DNA from: an uncultured Gemmatimonadaceae bacterium
Lineage (GTDB): Bacteria; Gemmatimonadota; Gemmatimonadetes; Gemmatimonadales; Gemmatimonadaceae
NCBI GenBank assembly: GCA_963751275.1
Contig: CAVVTZ010000011.1
Location: 320,001-384,000 of the forward strand
DNA length: 64,000 nucleotides
Direction: 5' to 3'
Shown one piece after another: positions 35,178-46,118 of the stretch. Under the pieces are notes generated by a model. That model had not been told where the DNA came from, did no database searches, and worked only from the letters and a program-made list of their open reading frames with translations. Each line of letters opens with the position of its first letter. Position 1 is the first letter of the stretch. Made by a program: the position numbers and the translations under genes.

Positions 35178-35939
35178 CTAGGAGAGGCGGAAGAAGCGGC
35201 GGGCGTTGGCGGTGGTGATCGAGGCGACATGCTCCGCGCTCTGGGCGCGAGCCTGGGCGAGCCGTGCGATCGTGAGCGGGACGAAGGAGGGTTCGTTCCG
35301 CTTGCCGCGATGCGGGACCGGCGCGAGGAAGGGCGCGTCGGACTCGACGAGGAGGCGGTCGTCGGGAACGAGGCGCAGGAGATCGTCGTCGGTCCACTTC
35401 TTGAACGTCACGATGCCGCTGAACGAGACGTACCACCCGGCGGCGAGCGCGTGCGCGGCGAGGGGGGCGCTGCCGGTGTAGCAGTGCAGCACACCGGTGA
35501 CGCCGGCCGCGGCGGTGATCATCGCGCGGGTGTCCTCTTCGGCCTCGCGCGTGTGGACCACCACCGGCACGTGGCGCGCCGCCGCGAGTTCGAGCTGGGC
35601 GCGGAACGCGGCGCGCTGGAGATCGCGCGGCGAGTGATCGTAGTGGTAGTCGAGCCCGCACTCGCCCACGGCGACCGCGCCCGCGTCGAGCAGCGCCGTG
35701 AGCGCGGGGATGTCGCGCGCGGCATCGAACGCCGCGGCGTCGTGCGGGTGGACGCCGGCGGTGAACGCGATGCGGCCGGCGTGCGCCGCCGCGATCGCCC
35801 GGGCGCGGTCGGCCGCGTCGAGCGACTCGCCGATGCACACCACCGCAACGGCGCCGCCGTCGAACGCGCGCGCGATCACCGCATCGCGGTCGGCATCGAA
35901 GGCGGGATCGGCGAGATGCGCGTGACTGTCGATGAACAT
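35178..35939 (-). CDS. tatD: TatD family hydrolase
   Basis: DSHAHL, GVHPH, VGECGLDY, VHTRE, LHCY, ESDAPFL. Confidence 0.95.
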   Translation of the reverse strand: MFIDSHAHLADPAFDADRDAVIARAFDGGAVAVVCIGESLDAADRARAIAAAHAGRIAFTAGVHPHDAAAFDAARDIPALTALLDAGAVAVGECGLDYHYDHSPRDLQRAAFRAQLELAAARHVPVVVHTREAEEDTRAMITAAAGVTGVLHCYTGSAPLAAHALAAGWYVSFSGIVTFKKWTDDDLLRLVPDDRLLVESDAPFLAPVPHRGKRNEPSFVPLTIARLAQARAQSAEHVASITTANARRFFRLS

Positions 35940-35985
35940 GGCTCCCGATGCGACGCCGCCGCCCGGAGAGGCGGCGGCGGGTGGC

Positions 35986-36991
35986 TCACTGGACGACGGG
36001 CGACCGCTTCGGATCCGGCGCGCGGCGCGTGTCCATCGGGCGCAGCGGTTTCACGCCGACGCCGCCGGTCTCCCCCATCGCGCGCGGCCATTTGGTCTCG
36101 ATCCAGAGCAGGATCGGCGAGGCGACGTAGATGGAGCTGAACGTGCCGGTCACGACGCCGAAGCACATGACGAGCGCGAACGGCCGCAGCACCTCGCCGC
36201 CCAGCAGCACGAGCGCGAGCAACGTCGCGAACACGGTGGCGTGCGTCATGACCGAGCGCGGCAGCGTCTCGTTCACCGACCGGTTGAGCGTGTCGTAGAG
36301 CGGTTCGCGCTTGAACTTGTGCAAGTTCTCGCGCACGCGGTCGAAGATGATGATCGTGTCGTTCAGCGAGTAGCCGATCATCGTGAGGATGCCGCCGACG
36401 ACGACCAGCGACACTTCGAGGTTCGCGTACTTGATGAACGCGAGCGTCGCGAGGATGTCGTGCGCCGTGGCGATGACGGCCGCGACGCCGAAGCGCGTCT
36501 CGAAGCGGAACGCCAGATAGATCAGCGTCACCACGAACGAGACGAGGATCGCGTAGAGCGCCTTCTGCCGGAGCTCGCCGCCGACCTTCGGGCCCACCGA
36601 CCCGGTGCTCATGACGTTGAACGATCCGGCGCCGTAGTGCCGGACGAGCGCGGAGTCGATCCGGTCGGCGATCTTCTCGGCGCCGGCCTCCTGCTCGGCG
36701 ACGGTGCGCGAATCCTGCACGCGCACGAGGTAGACCTTGTCGGAGCCGAACTGCGTGATCTCCTCGCCGCGGATGCCGGCGCCGTCGATCGCCGAGCGGA
36801 TCTCATCGACCTTGGGTGCGTTCGTGAACGCAGATCTGCATCGACGTGCCGCCGGTGAACTCGATGCTGTAGTTGTAGCCGAAGATCGCGATGAGGATGA
36901 TCCCGGGAACGATGAACGCCAGCGTCGCCACCGTCGTGATCCGCCACTTGCTGATGAAGTCGAAATGGGTGTTGTGCAGGATGCGTATCAT
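35986..36991 (-). CDS. secF: Protein translocase subunit SecF (apparent frameshift near 36840)
   Basis: FDFISK..IEFTGGT in one frame; SVGPKVG, HD, IGYSLNDTIIIFDRVRE, GTFSSIYVA in another. Confidence 0.93.
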
Positions 36992-38682
36992 CAGATGCTC
37001 AGCGTCTGGGTGGCCGCGTTGCGGTTCAGCCAGATCATGTAGAAGGTCCGCACGACGTAGATCGCGCTCACCATCGAAGCCGCGATGCCGGCGAGGAGGG
37101 TGGCGGCGAAGCCCTTCACGGGGCCGGTACCGATCTCGAAGAGCACGAGCGCGGTGAGCGCGGTGGAGACGTTGGAGTCGATGATGGCGCTCATGGCGTG
37201 CTTGAAGCCCTCGTCGATCGCGGCGCGCACGCTCTTGCCGTGGTCGAGTTCCTCGCGGATCCGCTCGAAGATCAGCACGTTCGCGTCCACGGCGATGCCG
37301 ACGGAGAGCACGAGGCCGGCGAGCCCGGGCAGCGTGAGCACCGCGTCGAGGCCGGCGAGCAGCGCCAGCGTCCAGAGCACGTAGAGGGTGAGCGCCGCCA
37401 CCGCCAGCACGCCGGAGAAGCGGTAGTAGCCGATCATGACGATGATGACGAGCAAGAGGCCGGCGATGCCGGCGCGCTCGCCATCCTTGATCGAGTCCTC
37501 GCCCAGGCTCGCTCCGATCGTGGCCGACTCGACGACCTTGAGCGGCACGGGCAGCGCGCCGGCGCGGAGCACGAGCGCCAGGTCCTGCACCTTCTGCAGC
37601 GGCTGGCCTTTCATCGTGATCTGGCCGCGCGTGCCGATCGCGCTCTGGATCACGGGCGGACGGCCCATGACGCGGTCGTCGAGCACGATCGCCATGTAGT
37701 CGCCGACGTGCTTGGCGGTCTCCTCGCGGAACCGGCGGCCGCCTTCGTTGTTCAGCGTGAAGCTGACGACCGTGCCCTCGATCGGGTCGGTGACGGGCTT
37801 CGCGTCCACCAGATACTCGCCGGTGATGATCGGGCGCGCATCCACCACATAGAAGGACAATGTCGCCTCCGGCACGCCCGGCGTCGCATCATCGACGCCC
37901 CAATGCACCGCCTTGCCCGGCGGGAGCGCGGCCTGCACCTCGGGATTGTCGAGGTAACGCTTCATCATCGGCACGTCGGCGGCCATCACGATGTACTCGC
38001 CCGGCATGCCGCCCGGCTGCACCAGCTTGGAGAACGGGCCAGCGCCGTTCGCGAAGAGCGACGACGTGTCCTGCTTCGGCGCCGCCTTGCCGCCCTTCCC
38101 CTTCTTGGCGCCGGTGTCCGCGGGCTGCGTGAAGAGGTCCAGCGCGCCCTTGCCGTGCGCCGCAGTGTCGGTGGCGCCTGCCACCACGCCCGCCGGCGTC
38201 GCGCCGATCGCGCCGCTCCGGTCCTTGATGAGCTGGTCGATGCGCGGCATCACCTTCTCGAGCGCCTGCGTCTTGTCCGTGATCTGGAACTGCAGGAAGG
38301 CCGACGAGCGCACGAGGTCCTCGGCGCGCTGGCGGTCCTTCTCGCCGGGCAGCTCGACGACAATGCGGTCGTCGCCGACCTTCTGCACCACCGGCTCGGC
38401 GACGCCGAACTGGTCGATGCGGTTCCGGACCACGGTGAGCGCGCGGTCGATCGCTTCCTTCTTGTTCGCGACCACCGCGTGCGACTCATCCACTTCGAGC
38501 GCGATGTACATGCCGCCCTGCAGATCGAGTCCGAGCTTGAGCGGAACGCGCCGCACGGTGGTCGATTTCATCACACCGGTGTCGTCCCGGCTGCGGACCG
38601 TCACTTCGCGCGGATAGAGCGTGAACGCGGCCAGCGCGATCAAGCCGAGGATGACGATGATTCGCGAGCGGATGCTGGACAT
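36991..38682 (-). CDS. secD: Protein translocase subunit SecD
   Basis: LKLGLDLQGG, RNRIDQFGVAEP, LRAGALPVPL, AVDANVLIFERIREE, GPVKGFA. Confidence 0.97.
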   Translation of the reverse strand: MSSIRSRIIVILGLIALAAFTLYPREVTVRSRDDTGVMKSTTVRRVPLKLGLDLQGGMYIALEVDESHAVVANKKEAIDRALTVVRNRIDQFGVAEPVVQKVGDDRIVVELPGEKDRQRAEDLVRSSAFLQFQITDKTQALEKVMPRIDQLIKDRSGAIGATPAGVVAGATDTAAHGKGALDLFTQPADTGAKKGKGGKAAPKQDTSSLFANGAGPFSKLVQPGGMPGEYIVMAADVPMMKRYLDNPEVQAALPPGKAVHWGVDDATPGVPEATLSFYVVDARPIITGEYLVDAKPVTDPIEGTVVSFTLNNEGGRRFREETAKHVGDYMAIVLDDRVMGRPPVIQSAIGTRGQITMKGQPLQKVQDLALVLRAGALPVPLKVVESATIGASLGEDSIKDGERAGIAGLLLVIIVMIGYYRFSGVLAVAALTLYVLWTLALLAGLDAVLTLPGLAGLVLSVGIAVDANVLIFERIREELDHGKSVRAAIDEGFKHAMSAIIDSNVSTALTALVLFEIGTGPVKGFAATLLAGIAASMVSAIYVVRTFYMIWLNRNAATQTLSI

Positions 38683-38730
38683 CGGGGACTCGTAAAGGAG
38701 TGGTACGGGAGAGCCTAGAACGATACCCGG

Positions 38731-39685
38731 CTAGCCAAGCGCCGTCAACGCAATCCGTGCGTTCGCCGCATCGCGCGCCAATTGCTCGGCGAGGGCCGCG
38801 GGGCTCGGGAATCGCTGCGTGTCCCGCAGCCGCGACACGAATTCCACGCGGACGGACGCGGCCGTACAACTCTCCCGGTTCACCGAACAGGTGCAGCTCG
38901 AGCGAGCTCTCGTGATCGCCGAAGGTGGGACGGGGGCCCATGTTCATCATGCCGCCGAACGCACCGGCCGGCGTCTGCGCGCGCACGGCATATACCCCCT
39001 CCGGCGGCAGGAGTTTGCGCCCCGACGGCATCGGCAGGTTGATCGTCGGGAAACCCAGTGTGCGCCCGCGCTGCGCGCCGGGCTGCACGACACCGATCAC
39101 GGAGTATAGGCGGCCGAGCGCGCGCGCGGCGCGGCCCAGATCGCCGCCGGCGACGAGGCGCCGGATCAGCGTGGAGCTCACCGGCGTGGGCGGCGCGTCG
39201 TCGAGCATCACGGCGGGCACCACCTCCACGGCGAACCCGCGTGCGGCGCCCAGGCGGCGGAGCGTCTCCACGTCGCCGGTGCGCCCGCGGCCCAGGCCAT
39301 GGTCGTGACCGATCACCAGCTCGCGCATGTGGAATCGGCGGCGCAGGATCTGATCCACGAACTCCGCGGCGTCGTACCGCTGGAGCTCGCTCGTGAAGGG
39401 GACGATCGCCATGTACCCGATGCCGCTGAGCGCGACCACCTCCACCTTCTCCGCGGCGGTGGACAAGAGCGGCGGCGCGGCGGCGGGATTCACGACCTCG
39501 AGCGGGTGCGGGTCGAAGGTGACGAGCACGCTCGCGAGGCCGCTCGCGCGGCCGCGCGCGGCGATGCGCTGGAGCACATCCCAGTGGCCCCGGTGCACGC
39601 CGTCAAAGGTGCCGACCGTGACCACCGTGCCGGGGGTGTCAGGCGGAAGACCGGAGTCCTTCCAGCTGGCGAAGCGCTCAGGCAT
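38731..39685 (-). CDS. ribF: Bifunctional riboflavin kinase/FAD synthetase (apparent frameshift near 38850)
   Basis: GTFDGVHRGH, VSSTLIR, RGRTLGFPTIN, GVYAV, NMGPRPTF; tail EFVSRLRDTQRF in a shifted frame ending at TAG 38731. Confidence 0.93.
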
Positions 39686-40541
39686 CGCGCAACACCAGGA
39701 AGGGGTGCCACCCGGCGCCTTGCCGGTCGGCGAGCGCGACCAGGTCGCCGGCGGCATCGACCAGCGCGATGCGGTCCGTCGCCGCGGGGACATCGGCGGC
39801 GACAGGCATGCCGCGCGCGGCGCGCGCGACACCGGCCTCGTCGAGCGCGACGGCCGAAAGACTCGCGACCGCCTCGCGCATCGGGCGCAGCGCGCGTTCG
39901 CCGTGCTTGAGCGCGTCGAGCGTGGCCGCGTCGTTCACGCGGTAGGCGCCGACCGCGAGGCGGCGAAGCGCGGCGAGATGCGCGGCGCTTCCCGCGGCGC
40001 GGCCGAGATCGCGCGCGAGCGACCGGATGTAGGTTCCGCCCGAGCACGTGATGCGGGCGTCGAGTTCGCCGTCGCGCCACGCGAGCGGCTCCCACGCGTG
40101 GACCGTGATCCGCACCGGCTTCAATTCGAGCGGCGTGCCGCGCCGCGCCGCGTCGTAGGCGCGCCGGCCGCCCACCTGCTTCGCGGAGTACGCGGGCGGG
40201 AGCTGATCGAGCGGCCCGGTGAGCGACGGCAGCGCCTGGAGCACGCGCCGTTCATCCGGCGGCTCGGCGGCCCGCGTCACCTGTCCGGTGCCGTCGTCCG
40301 TATCGGTCTCGCTGCCGAAGCGGATGGTGGCGTCATAGACCTTGGGCTCATCGTCCATGTAGTCGAGCAGGCGCGTCGCGCGGCCGGCGAGCAGGACGAG
40401 CAGTCCGGTGGCGAAGGGATCGAGCGTGCCCGCGTGGCCGATGCGGCGGACCCCGAGGGCGCGGCGCGCGATCGCGACGACGTCGTGCGAGGTGATGCCG
40501 GCCGGCTTGTCCACGAGGAGCACGCCGTCAGTCGAGGTCAT
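39678..40541 (-). CDS. truB: tRNA pseudouridine(55) synthase
   Basis: DKPAGITSHDVV, GHAGTLDPFATG, CSGGTYIRSLARD. Confidence 0.97.
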   Translation of the reverse strand: MTSTDGVLLVDKPAGITSHDVVAIARRALGVRRIGHAGTLDPFATGLLVLLAGRATRLLDYMDDEPKVYDATIRFGSETDTDDGTGQVTRAAEPPDERRVLQALPSLTGPLDQLPPAYSAKQVGGRRAYDAARRGTPLELKPVRITVHAWEPLAWRDGELDARITCSGGTYIRSLARDLGRAAGSAAHLAALRRLAVGAYRVNDAATLDALKHGERALRPMREAVASLSAVALDEAGVARAARGMPVAADVPAATDRIALVDAAGDLVALADRQGAGWHPFLVLRDA

Positions 40542-40917
40542 CCTCGCCGGAGGCGGGAGGCTTCTGCCCTTCCTTCACCTGCGTGAGCAGCGTCTCGATG
40601 CGCGCGGCGCGCTCGATGGTCGGATCGTTGTGGAAGGCGATCGTGGGCGCGAAGTGGAGCGTGAGCACCTTGGCCAGTCGCGAGCGCACCGAGGGCGCGA
40701 TCGCCGCGAGGCCTTCCATCGTCTGGTCGCGCTCGGCGGCGGTGCCCATGACGCTCACGAAGACCTTGGCGTGGCGCAGGTCGCGCGTGACGTCCACGCC
40801 GGTGACCGTGACGAAGCCGACGATGCGCGGGTCCTTCACGCCGCCGATGAGCACCGTCGCGACCTCTTCGCGGATCGCCTCCGCGACGCGGTCGGCGCGC
40901 CGATTGTCCTTGGCCAT
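40528..40917 (-). CDS. rbfA: Ribosome-binding factor A
   Basis: RADRVAE, KDPRI..VTVT.V.VTRDLRHAKVFVS; between infB and truB. Confidence 0.96.
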   Translation of the reverse strand: MAKDNRRADRVAEAIREEVATVLIGGVKDPRIVGFVTVTGVDVTRDLRHAKVFVSVMGTAAERDQTMEGLAAIAPSVRSRLAKVLTLHFAPTIAFHNDPTIERAARIETLLTQVKEGQKPPASGEDDLD

Positions 40918-40948
40918 CTCTGCCTCCCCGGTGCGGATCGACGTGCCG

Positions 40949-43666
40949 CTACAGCGTGCGCGCGACCTGCTCCGTGCGATAACACTCGATGCGGTCGCCG
41001 ATCTTCAGGTCGTTGAAGTTCTCGATCCCGATGCCGCACTCGAAGCCCTCGCGGACCTCCTTCGCATCGTCCTTGAAGCGGCGCAGGGAGCCGATCACGC
41101 CGTCGTACACTTCCACGCCGTCGCGCACGACCCGCACGCGGCCCGTGCGATTGATCACGCCGCTGCGCACCATGCAACCGGCGATGACACCGGCCTTCGG
41201 CACCTTGAAGAGCTGGAGCACCTCGGCGTCGCCGAGGATGACTTCGCGCTCCTCGGGGCGCAGGAGGCCGGACAGCGCGGCCTTCACGTCGTCCACCGCT
41301 TCGTAGATGATGCGGTAGAGCTTGATGTCCACGCCCTCGCGATCGGCGGCCGCGCGCGCATTGGTGTCCGGCCGCACGTGGAAGCCGACGATGATCGCCC
41401 CCGACGCCTTCGCGAGCAGGATGTCGCTCTCGGTGATCGCGCCGACGCCGCGGTGCACGACCTCGACCATGACCTCGCTCGTCGTGAGCTGCGCGAGCGC
41501 ATCGGCCAGCGCTTCGGCCGGCCCGCCCTGGTCCGCCTTGATGAGCAGCCGCAGGTGGCGCTGCTCGTCGGTCTGCGCCTGTTGCATGAAGTCTTCGAGC
41601 GACACGAGCGCGCCGCGCGTGGTGCGGCGGCTCTTCGCCTCGCGGTCGAGCCGCTGGCGCCGCTGCGCGACATCGCGCGCGTCGGCGGCGTCCACCACCA
41701 CCACGAGCTGGTCACCGGCCATCGGCACGCCCTCGATGCCCAGCACCTGCACCGGGATCGCGGGGCCCGCTTCCTTCACGATGCGCCCGCGCTCGTCGAG
41801 CAGCGCGCGCACGCGGCCGGAGAACATGCCGCAGATGAAGTCCTGCCCCACCTTCAGCGTGCCGCTCTGCACGAGCACCGTCGCGACGGGACCCTTGCCC
41901 GGATCGAGCGACGCCTCGACCACCGTGCCGGTCGCGCGCTTGTTCGGGTTCGCCTTGAGATCGAGGAGCTCGGCCTGCAGGAGGATCTGATCGAGCAGCT
42001 CGCTCACGCCCGTCCCCTTCTTGGCGGAGACGGCCGTGCTGAGCGTGGTGCCGCCGAACTCCTCGAGCACGACGCCGTGCTGGAGGAGATCGGACTTCAC
42101 CTTCTGCACGTTCGCCTGCGGCAGGTCGATCTTGTTGATCGCGACCACGATCGGCACGCCCGCGTTCTTGGCGTGCGAGATCGCTTCGATCGTCTGCGGC
42201 ATCACCTGGTCATCGGCCGCCACGACGAGCACGACGATGTCCGTCACCTGCGCGCCGCGCGCGCGCATGGCGGTGAACGCCTCGTGGCCCGGCGTGTCGA
42301 GGAAGGTGATGGCCTTGCCGTTGGGCAGCGTGACGTGATACGCGCCGATGTGCTGCGTGATGCCGCCGGATTCGCCGGCGACCACGCTGGCCTTGCGGAT
42401 ATAGTCGAGCAGCGACGTCTTGCCGTGGTCGACGTGGCCCATGATCGTGACCACCGGGGGGCGCGGGACCAGATCCTCGGGCTGTTCGACGGCGTCGTCG
42501 GTCTCGGCGACGGCCACTTGATACTCCGCCTCGCGCACGGCCTGGAAGCCGAATTCGCTGGCGATGAGCTCGATCTGATCGAAGTCGAGGCGCTGATTGA
42601 TGCTGACCATCAGCCCGAGGTTCTTGAGGGCGAAGCCGACGATCTGCGGACCGGGCACCTTGAGGATGGCGGCCAATTCGCTGACCGTGATGAACTCATT
42701 GACGCGGACGGTCGTGCGCTCGCGCTCCGCCTCGGCCGCGCGCTGCGCCTCCACCTCTTCGCGGTAGGTCGGCTCATCGGACGAGCGGCGGGGGCCGCGG
42801 CGCGCGGGCGCGCCACGGATCGCGGTCATCGTCTTGGAGATGTTCGCCGTCACCGCTTCCTGGTCCACGGCGCCGCGCTTCCCCTTCTTGCCGCGCTTGC
42901 CGCCGCGCTTGTCATCGCGGCGTGCGGGCATCGCGCCGGAACCGGAACCGGTCGAGCTCGAGGCCGCCGGGCGCGGCGGATACGGCGCGCCACTCGCGAT
43001 CGGCTTCGGACGCGGCGGGCCGGGCACGATCGGGCGCGGGCGCTGCCACTCGGGGGCGGCGGGCGTCGAGTGCGTGGTGGCGTGCGTCGAGTGCGTCGTG
43101 GCCGCGGCGGCGGGGCGCTCGGTGCGCGGCTCGGCGGGCGGCAGCGGGCGCAGGGGCGCGCGCTCGGTCTCGAGCGGTTCGAAGCGCACCGGCGCTTCCA
43201 CCACGGGCGGCGCCGCGGCGGCCGCTTCAGCGGCGGCGAACGCGGCCTTCTCGGCGGCCTTCGCGGCGACGGCGGCACCCGCTTCGATGTCGGCCTTCGT
43301 GCGGCGGCGGCGCTTGGCTTCCTCGACCACCGGCGCGACCGGTTCGGGCGCGGGCTCGGGCGTCTTCTTCGACGGCTTCGCGGACTTCGCGGCGGTCTTC
43401 TTCGCGGGCTCGGCGTTCTTCGCGGCGGCCTCGGGCTCGGCGGCGGCGCCCGCACCACGGCGGCGCCGCGTGGGAGCGGCGGCCGGCTTCTCCTGGCGCG
43501 CGCGCTTCTCGCGCTCCCAGCGCGCGCGGAGGCGCGCGACCTGGTCGTCGGTGAGCGGGCTCAGATGACTGCGCACCGGCACGTCCATCGACCGCAGCAT
43601 CGAGATCAGCTCGTCGTTGGAGATGCCGAATTCACCAGCGAGGTCGTGCACGCGAAGCTTGATCAA
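40949..43666 (-). CDS. infB: Translation initiation factor IF-2
   Basis: [44 protein letters not shown]. Confidence 0.98.
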   Translation of the reverse strand: MIKLRVHDLAGEFGISNDELISMLRSMDVPVRSHLSPLTDDQVARLRARWEREKRARQEKPAAAPTRRRRGAGAAAEPEAAAKNAEPAKKTAAKSAKPSKKTPEPAPEPVAPVVEEAKRRRRTKADIEAGAAVAAKAAEKAAFAAAEAAAAAPPVVEAPVRFEPLETERAPLRPLPPAEPRTERPAAAATTHSTHATTHSTPAAPEWQRPRPIVPGPPRPKPIASGAPYPPRPAASSSTGSGSGAMPARRDDKRGGKRGKKGKRGAVDQEAVTANISKTMTAIRGAPARRGPRRSSDEPTYREEVEAQRAAEAERERTTVRVNEFITVSELAAILKVPGPQIVGFALKNLGLMVSINQRLDFDQIELIASEFGFQAVREAEYQVAVAETDDAVEQPEDLVPRPPVVTIMGHVDHGKTSLLDYIRKASVVAGESGGITQHIGAYHVTLPNGKAITFLDTPGHEAFTAMRARGAQVTDIVVLVVAADDQVMPQTIEAISHAKNAGVPIVVAINKIDLPQANVQKVKSDLLQHGVVLEEFGGTTLSTAVSAKKGTGVSELLDQILLQAELLDLKANPNKRATGTVVEASLDPGKGPVATVLVQSGTLKVGQDFICGMFSGRVRALLDERGRIVKEAGPAIPVQVLGIEGVPMAGDQLVVVVDAADARDVAQRRQRLDREAKSRRTTRGALVSLEDFMQQAQTDEQRHLRLLIKADQGGPAEALADALAQLTTSEVMVEVVHRGVGAITESDILLAKASGAIIVGFHVRPDTNARAAADREGVDIKLYRIIYEAVDDVKAALSGLLRPEEREVILGDAEVLQLFKVPKAGVIAGCMVRSGVINRTGRVRVVRDGVEVYDGVIGSLRRFKDDAKEVREGFECGIGIENFNDLKIGDRIECYRTEQVARTL

Positions 43667-44010
43667 GCCTTCCTCCCTCGGGGCCCCAATGAGCCCGTTT
43701 CCGCGACGGCGCGAATGCCGCGCGCCAAATTGCGATCGACGATCCCGACTGCCGCCGCGCTCTCACGTCCCACCGCGGCGCCCAGCACGGCGGCGCGCGG
43801 CCCTTCCACCACGAAGATCTTCTTCGCCGCCAGCAGCGGCAGCACTTTCTTGCGGCTGTTCTCCGCCGCGTCCGGAGCGACGATCGCCAACGCGAGCGTG
43901 CCGCGCTGCGCCGCCATCCGCACCTGCTCCACTCCGATCACCGCGCCGCGTCCGCGAACGCCCAGTCCGATGAGACCGAGGAGTTTCTGTTCGCGCCGCT
44001 CCGCGTTCAA
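43663..44010 (-). CDS. L7Ae/L30e-family RNA-binding protein (YlxQ-like)
   Basis: LLGLIGLG..G..VIGVEQV..A.DAAENSRKK..LGAAVGR; TTG start overlapping the nusA stop. Confidence 0.85.
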   Translation of the reverse strand: MNAERREQKLLGLIGLGVRGRGAVIGVEQVRMAAQRGTLALAIVAPDAAENSRKKVLPLLAAKKIFVVEGPRAAVLGAAVGRESAAAVGIVDRNLARGIRAVAETGSLGPRGRKA

Positions 44011-45356
44011 GACGTCTTCCCATCCTCCGCGCCGGCGCCGCCGTCGGGCGACTCGCCGCCGCCGTCCTCCGTCGTCAGCTCGTCGATCATCGCCATGATC
44101 CGGTCCGCTTCCTCCGGCGCGATGCCGGGGAGGCGCACGAGATCCTCGCGCTCGAGGTCCATGATGTCGTTCAGCGTCTTGTAGCCCGCTTCCTCGAGCA
44201 CCGCCACCGTCGCGGGGCCGAGGCCCTCGATCTCGGAGAGCCGCACGTCCACCACCGCGGCCTCTTCCTCGGGCAGCGGCGCGAAGAGCGGCGTGTCGCC
44301 GCCGCGCTCGAGCCACTCACGGCTCGAGTACAGATCGATCTTCCAGCCGGTGAGCTCGCTCGCGAGCCGCACGTTCTGCCCGTTGCGGCCGATGGCGAGC
44401 GAGAGCTGGTCGTCGTCCACGACGGCCTGGATCGTCTTCGCCACCGGATCGCTGAACACGCGCGCGACGCGCGCCGGCGCGAGCGCCAGCTTCGCGAACC
44501 GCTCGGGATCCGACGACCACGGCACGATGTCGATCCGCTCGCCGCCCAGCTCGTTCACCACGGCCTGCACGCGCGAGCCCTTGAGGCCGACGCACGCGCC
44601 CACGGGATCGATCGCGTCATCCTTCGAGAAGACGGCGATCTTCGTGCGGCTGCCCACTTCGCGCGCGGTGGCGCGGATCTCCACGATCGCCTGCTGGATC
44701 TCCGGCACCTCGAGCTTGAAGAGCGCCACGACGAACAGTCCGTCGGCGCGGCTCAGGATCAGGCGCGGTCCCTTGGGCGTCTCCTCGATGCGCTTGAGCA
44801 CCGCGCGGATGGGCTCGCCCTGGTGATAGTGCTCGCGGTGATTCTGGTCGCGGTACGGGATGATCGCTTCGGCCTCGCGGAACTTGTTGAGCATCACCAC
44901 GAGCTTGCCGCGCTCGATCTGCTGCACTTCGCCGGAGAGCAGCTCGCCGACGCGATCCGTGAACTCGTCGCGGATGCGGGTGCGCTCGCGCTCGCGGACG
45001 CGCTGGATGATCCGCTGCTTCGCGGCCTGCGCGGCGGTGCGGCCGAACTCGGCGAAATCCACGGGTTCCTCGAGCATGTCGCCCGGCTCGAAGCCCTCGT
45101 CGTAGATGCGCGCCTCGTCGAGCGAGACCTCGCGGCTCGGATCGGTCACTTCCTCCACGACGGCGCGGAGGCGCGTGATCTTGATCTCGCCGGTCTCCTC
45201 GTCGATCTTGACCTCGGCCTGGACGGTGGGTCCGTACTTCTTCGCGAGCGCGGCGAGGATCCCGTCCTCGAGAAGGCTATGCAGCTCCTCGCGGTCGAGT
45301 TGCTTGACGTTCGTGATCTCGCGGATCGCGCTGAGAATCAATGCAGAGCTGACCAT
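44007..45356 (-). CDS. nusA: Transcription termination/antitermination factor NusA
   Basis: FGRTAAQAAKQ, DPVGACVG, GERIDIV, AIGRNGQNVRLA; C-terminal HhH region. Confidence 0.98.
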   Translation of the reverse strand: MVSSALILSAIREITNVKQLDREELHSLLEDGILAALAKKYGPTVQAEVKIDEETGEIKITRLRAVVEEVTDPSREVSLDEARIYDEGFEPGDMLEEPVDFAEFGRTAAQAAKQRIIQRVRERERTRIRDEFTDRVGELLSGEVQQIERGKLVVMLNKFREAEAIIPYRDQNHREHYHQGEPIRAVLKRIEETPKGPRLILSRADGLFVVALFKLEVPEIQQAIVEIRATAREVGSRTKIAVFSKDDAIDPVGACVGLKGSRVQAVVNELGGERIDIVPWSSDPERFAKLALAPARVARVFSDPVAKTIQAVVDDDQLSLAIGRNGQNVRLASELTGWKIDLYSSREWLERGGDTPLFAPLPEEEAAVVDVRLSEIEGLGPATVAVLEEAGYKTLNDIMDLEREDLVRLPGIAPEEADRIMAMIDELTTEDGGGESPDGGAGAEDGKTS

Positions 45357-45380
45357 CGCGTGCTCCCTCTCCGGTGCTGC

Positions 45381-45839
45381 TCACCAGGTGAACGCCAGCC
45401 GCGCTTCCTTGACCTCGGCCAGCGGTATGCGCTTCTCCTCGCCACGCCGGGTACGCACCACGGCGGATGCGACGCCCGCTTCCTCTTCGACACCCACGAT
45501 CACGATCTCTTCCCGCCCGTTCAACGCCGCGCTCAACACGTTCGCCTTCCGCCCGGCAAAACGGCGCCAATCGGCCGCGGTCTTCAGCGGGCGCTCGACG
45601 CCGGGCGACGAGACTTCCAGCACGTAGCGTTCGCCGAGCACGGGCGCGGCGTCGAGCCGGGCTTCGATCGCGCGCGATGCGGCCGCGCAATCATCCACCG
45701 TGACCTTCACACCGTCCCGCCGATCGATCCGGATCTCGAGCGTCGGACGCGAACGCGAGCCACCGCGCCGCATCTCGACCAAGTCCAGGCCGAGCGCGTC
45801 AAGTTCCGATTCGACAAGCGGTTGCAGATCGTCGTTCAC
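45381..45839 (-). CDS. rimP: Ribosome maturation factor RimP
   Basis: VTVDDCA..SR, YVLEVSSPGVERPL. Confidence 0.96.
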   Translation of the reverse strand: MNDDLQPLVESELDALGLDLVEMRRGGSRSRPTLEIRIDRRDGVKVTVDDCAAASRAIEARLDAAPVLGERYVLEVSSPGVERPLKTAADWRRFAGRKANVLSAALNGREEIVIVGVEEEAGVASAVVRTRRGEEKRIPLAEVKEARLAFTW

Positions 45840-45861
45840 GTTGCGTCGCGGCCTACAGGGC

Positions 45862-45892
45862 AAAAAAAAGCGTGGGGTGAAAACCCCACTGC
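45862..45892 (-). terminator. rimP-leader terminator/attenuator hairpin
   Basis: GTGGGG-TTTTCA-CCCCAC-GC-T8, 22 nt before the rimP start and downstream of a TTGACT-N16-TAGATT promoter candidate (45918-45945). Confidence 0.8.
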
Positions 45893-45950
45893 TCCGCGGT
45901 GTACTGCGTCGAGGAGGAATCTAGCGCACGTGATGGCGCAGTCAAGGCGG

Positions 45951-46118
45951 GCGACCGAGGCGCGTGTGGGCACGAGTACCGCTGAAAGGGCGCGTCTGGC
46001 AAGTGAGCGTATGGTACGCCGTGGCGCGAGTGGGCCTACGCGCGCTCAGTGGTACCATACGCGCAGTTGCCAGACGCGCTGCTCGAGTGGTACTAAGGCC
46101 CAGACGCGCCCCGGTCGC
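45951..46118. repeat. Long imperfect palindrome, copy A
   Basis: 67-bp arms 45951-46017 and 46052-46118, 54/67 complementary without gaps by my manual alignment; homologous to 48176-48332. Confidence 0.9.

Noticed and set aside
43063..43103. 21-nt tandem duplication encoding [14 protein letters not shown] in IF-2
   Set aside because: Lies in the variable low-complexity N-terminal linker of IF-2; no evidence of function
40583..44098. 1171-aa plus-strand ORF, and similar long antisense ORFs such as 1301-3094 and 23906-25786
   Set aside because: Shadow ORFs antisense to conserved genes, expected in high-GC DNA; no recognisable motifs
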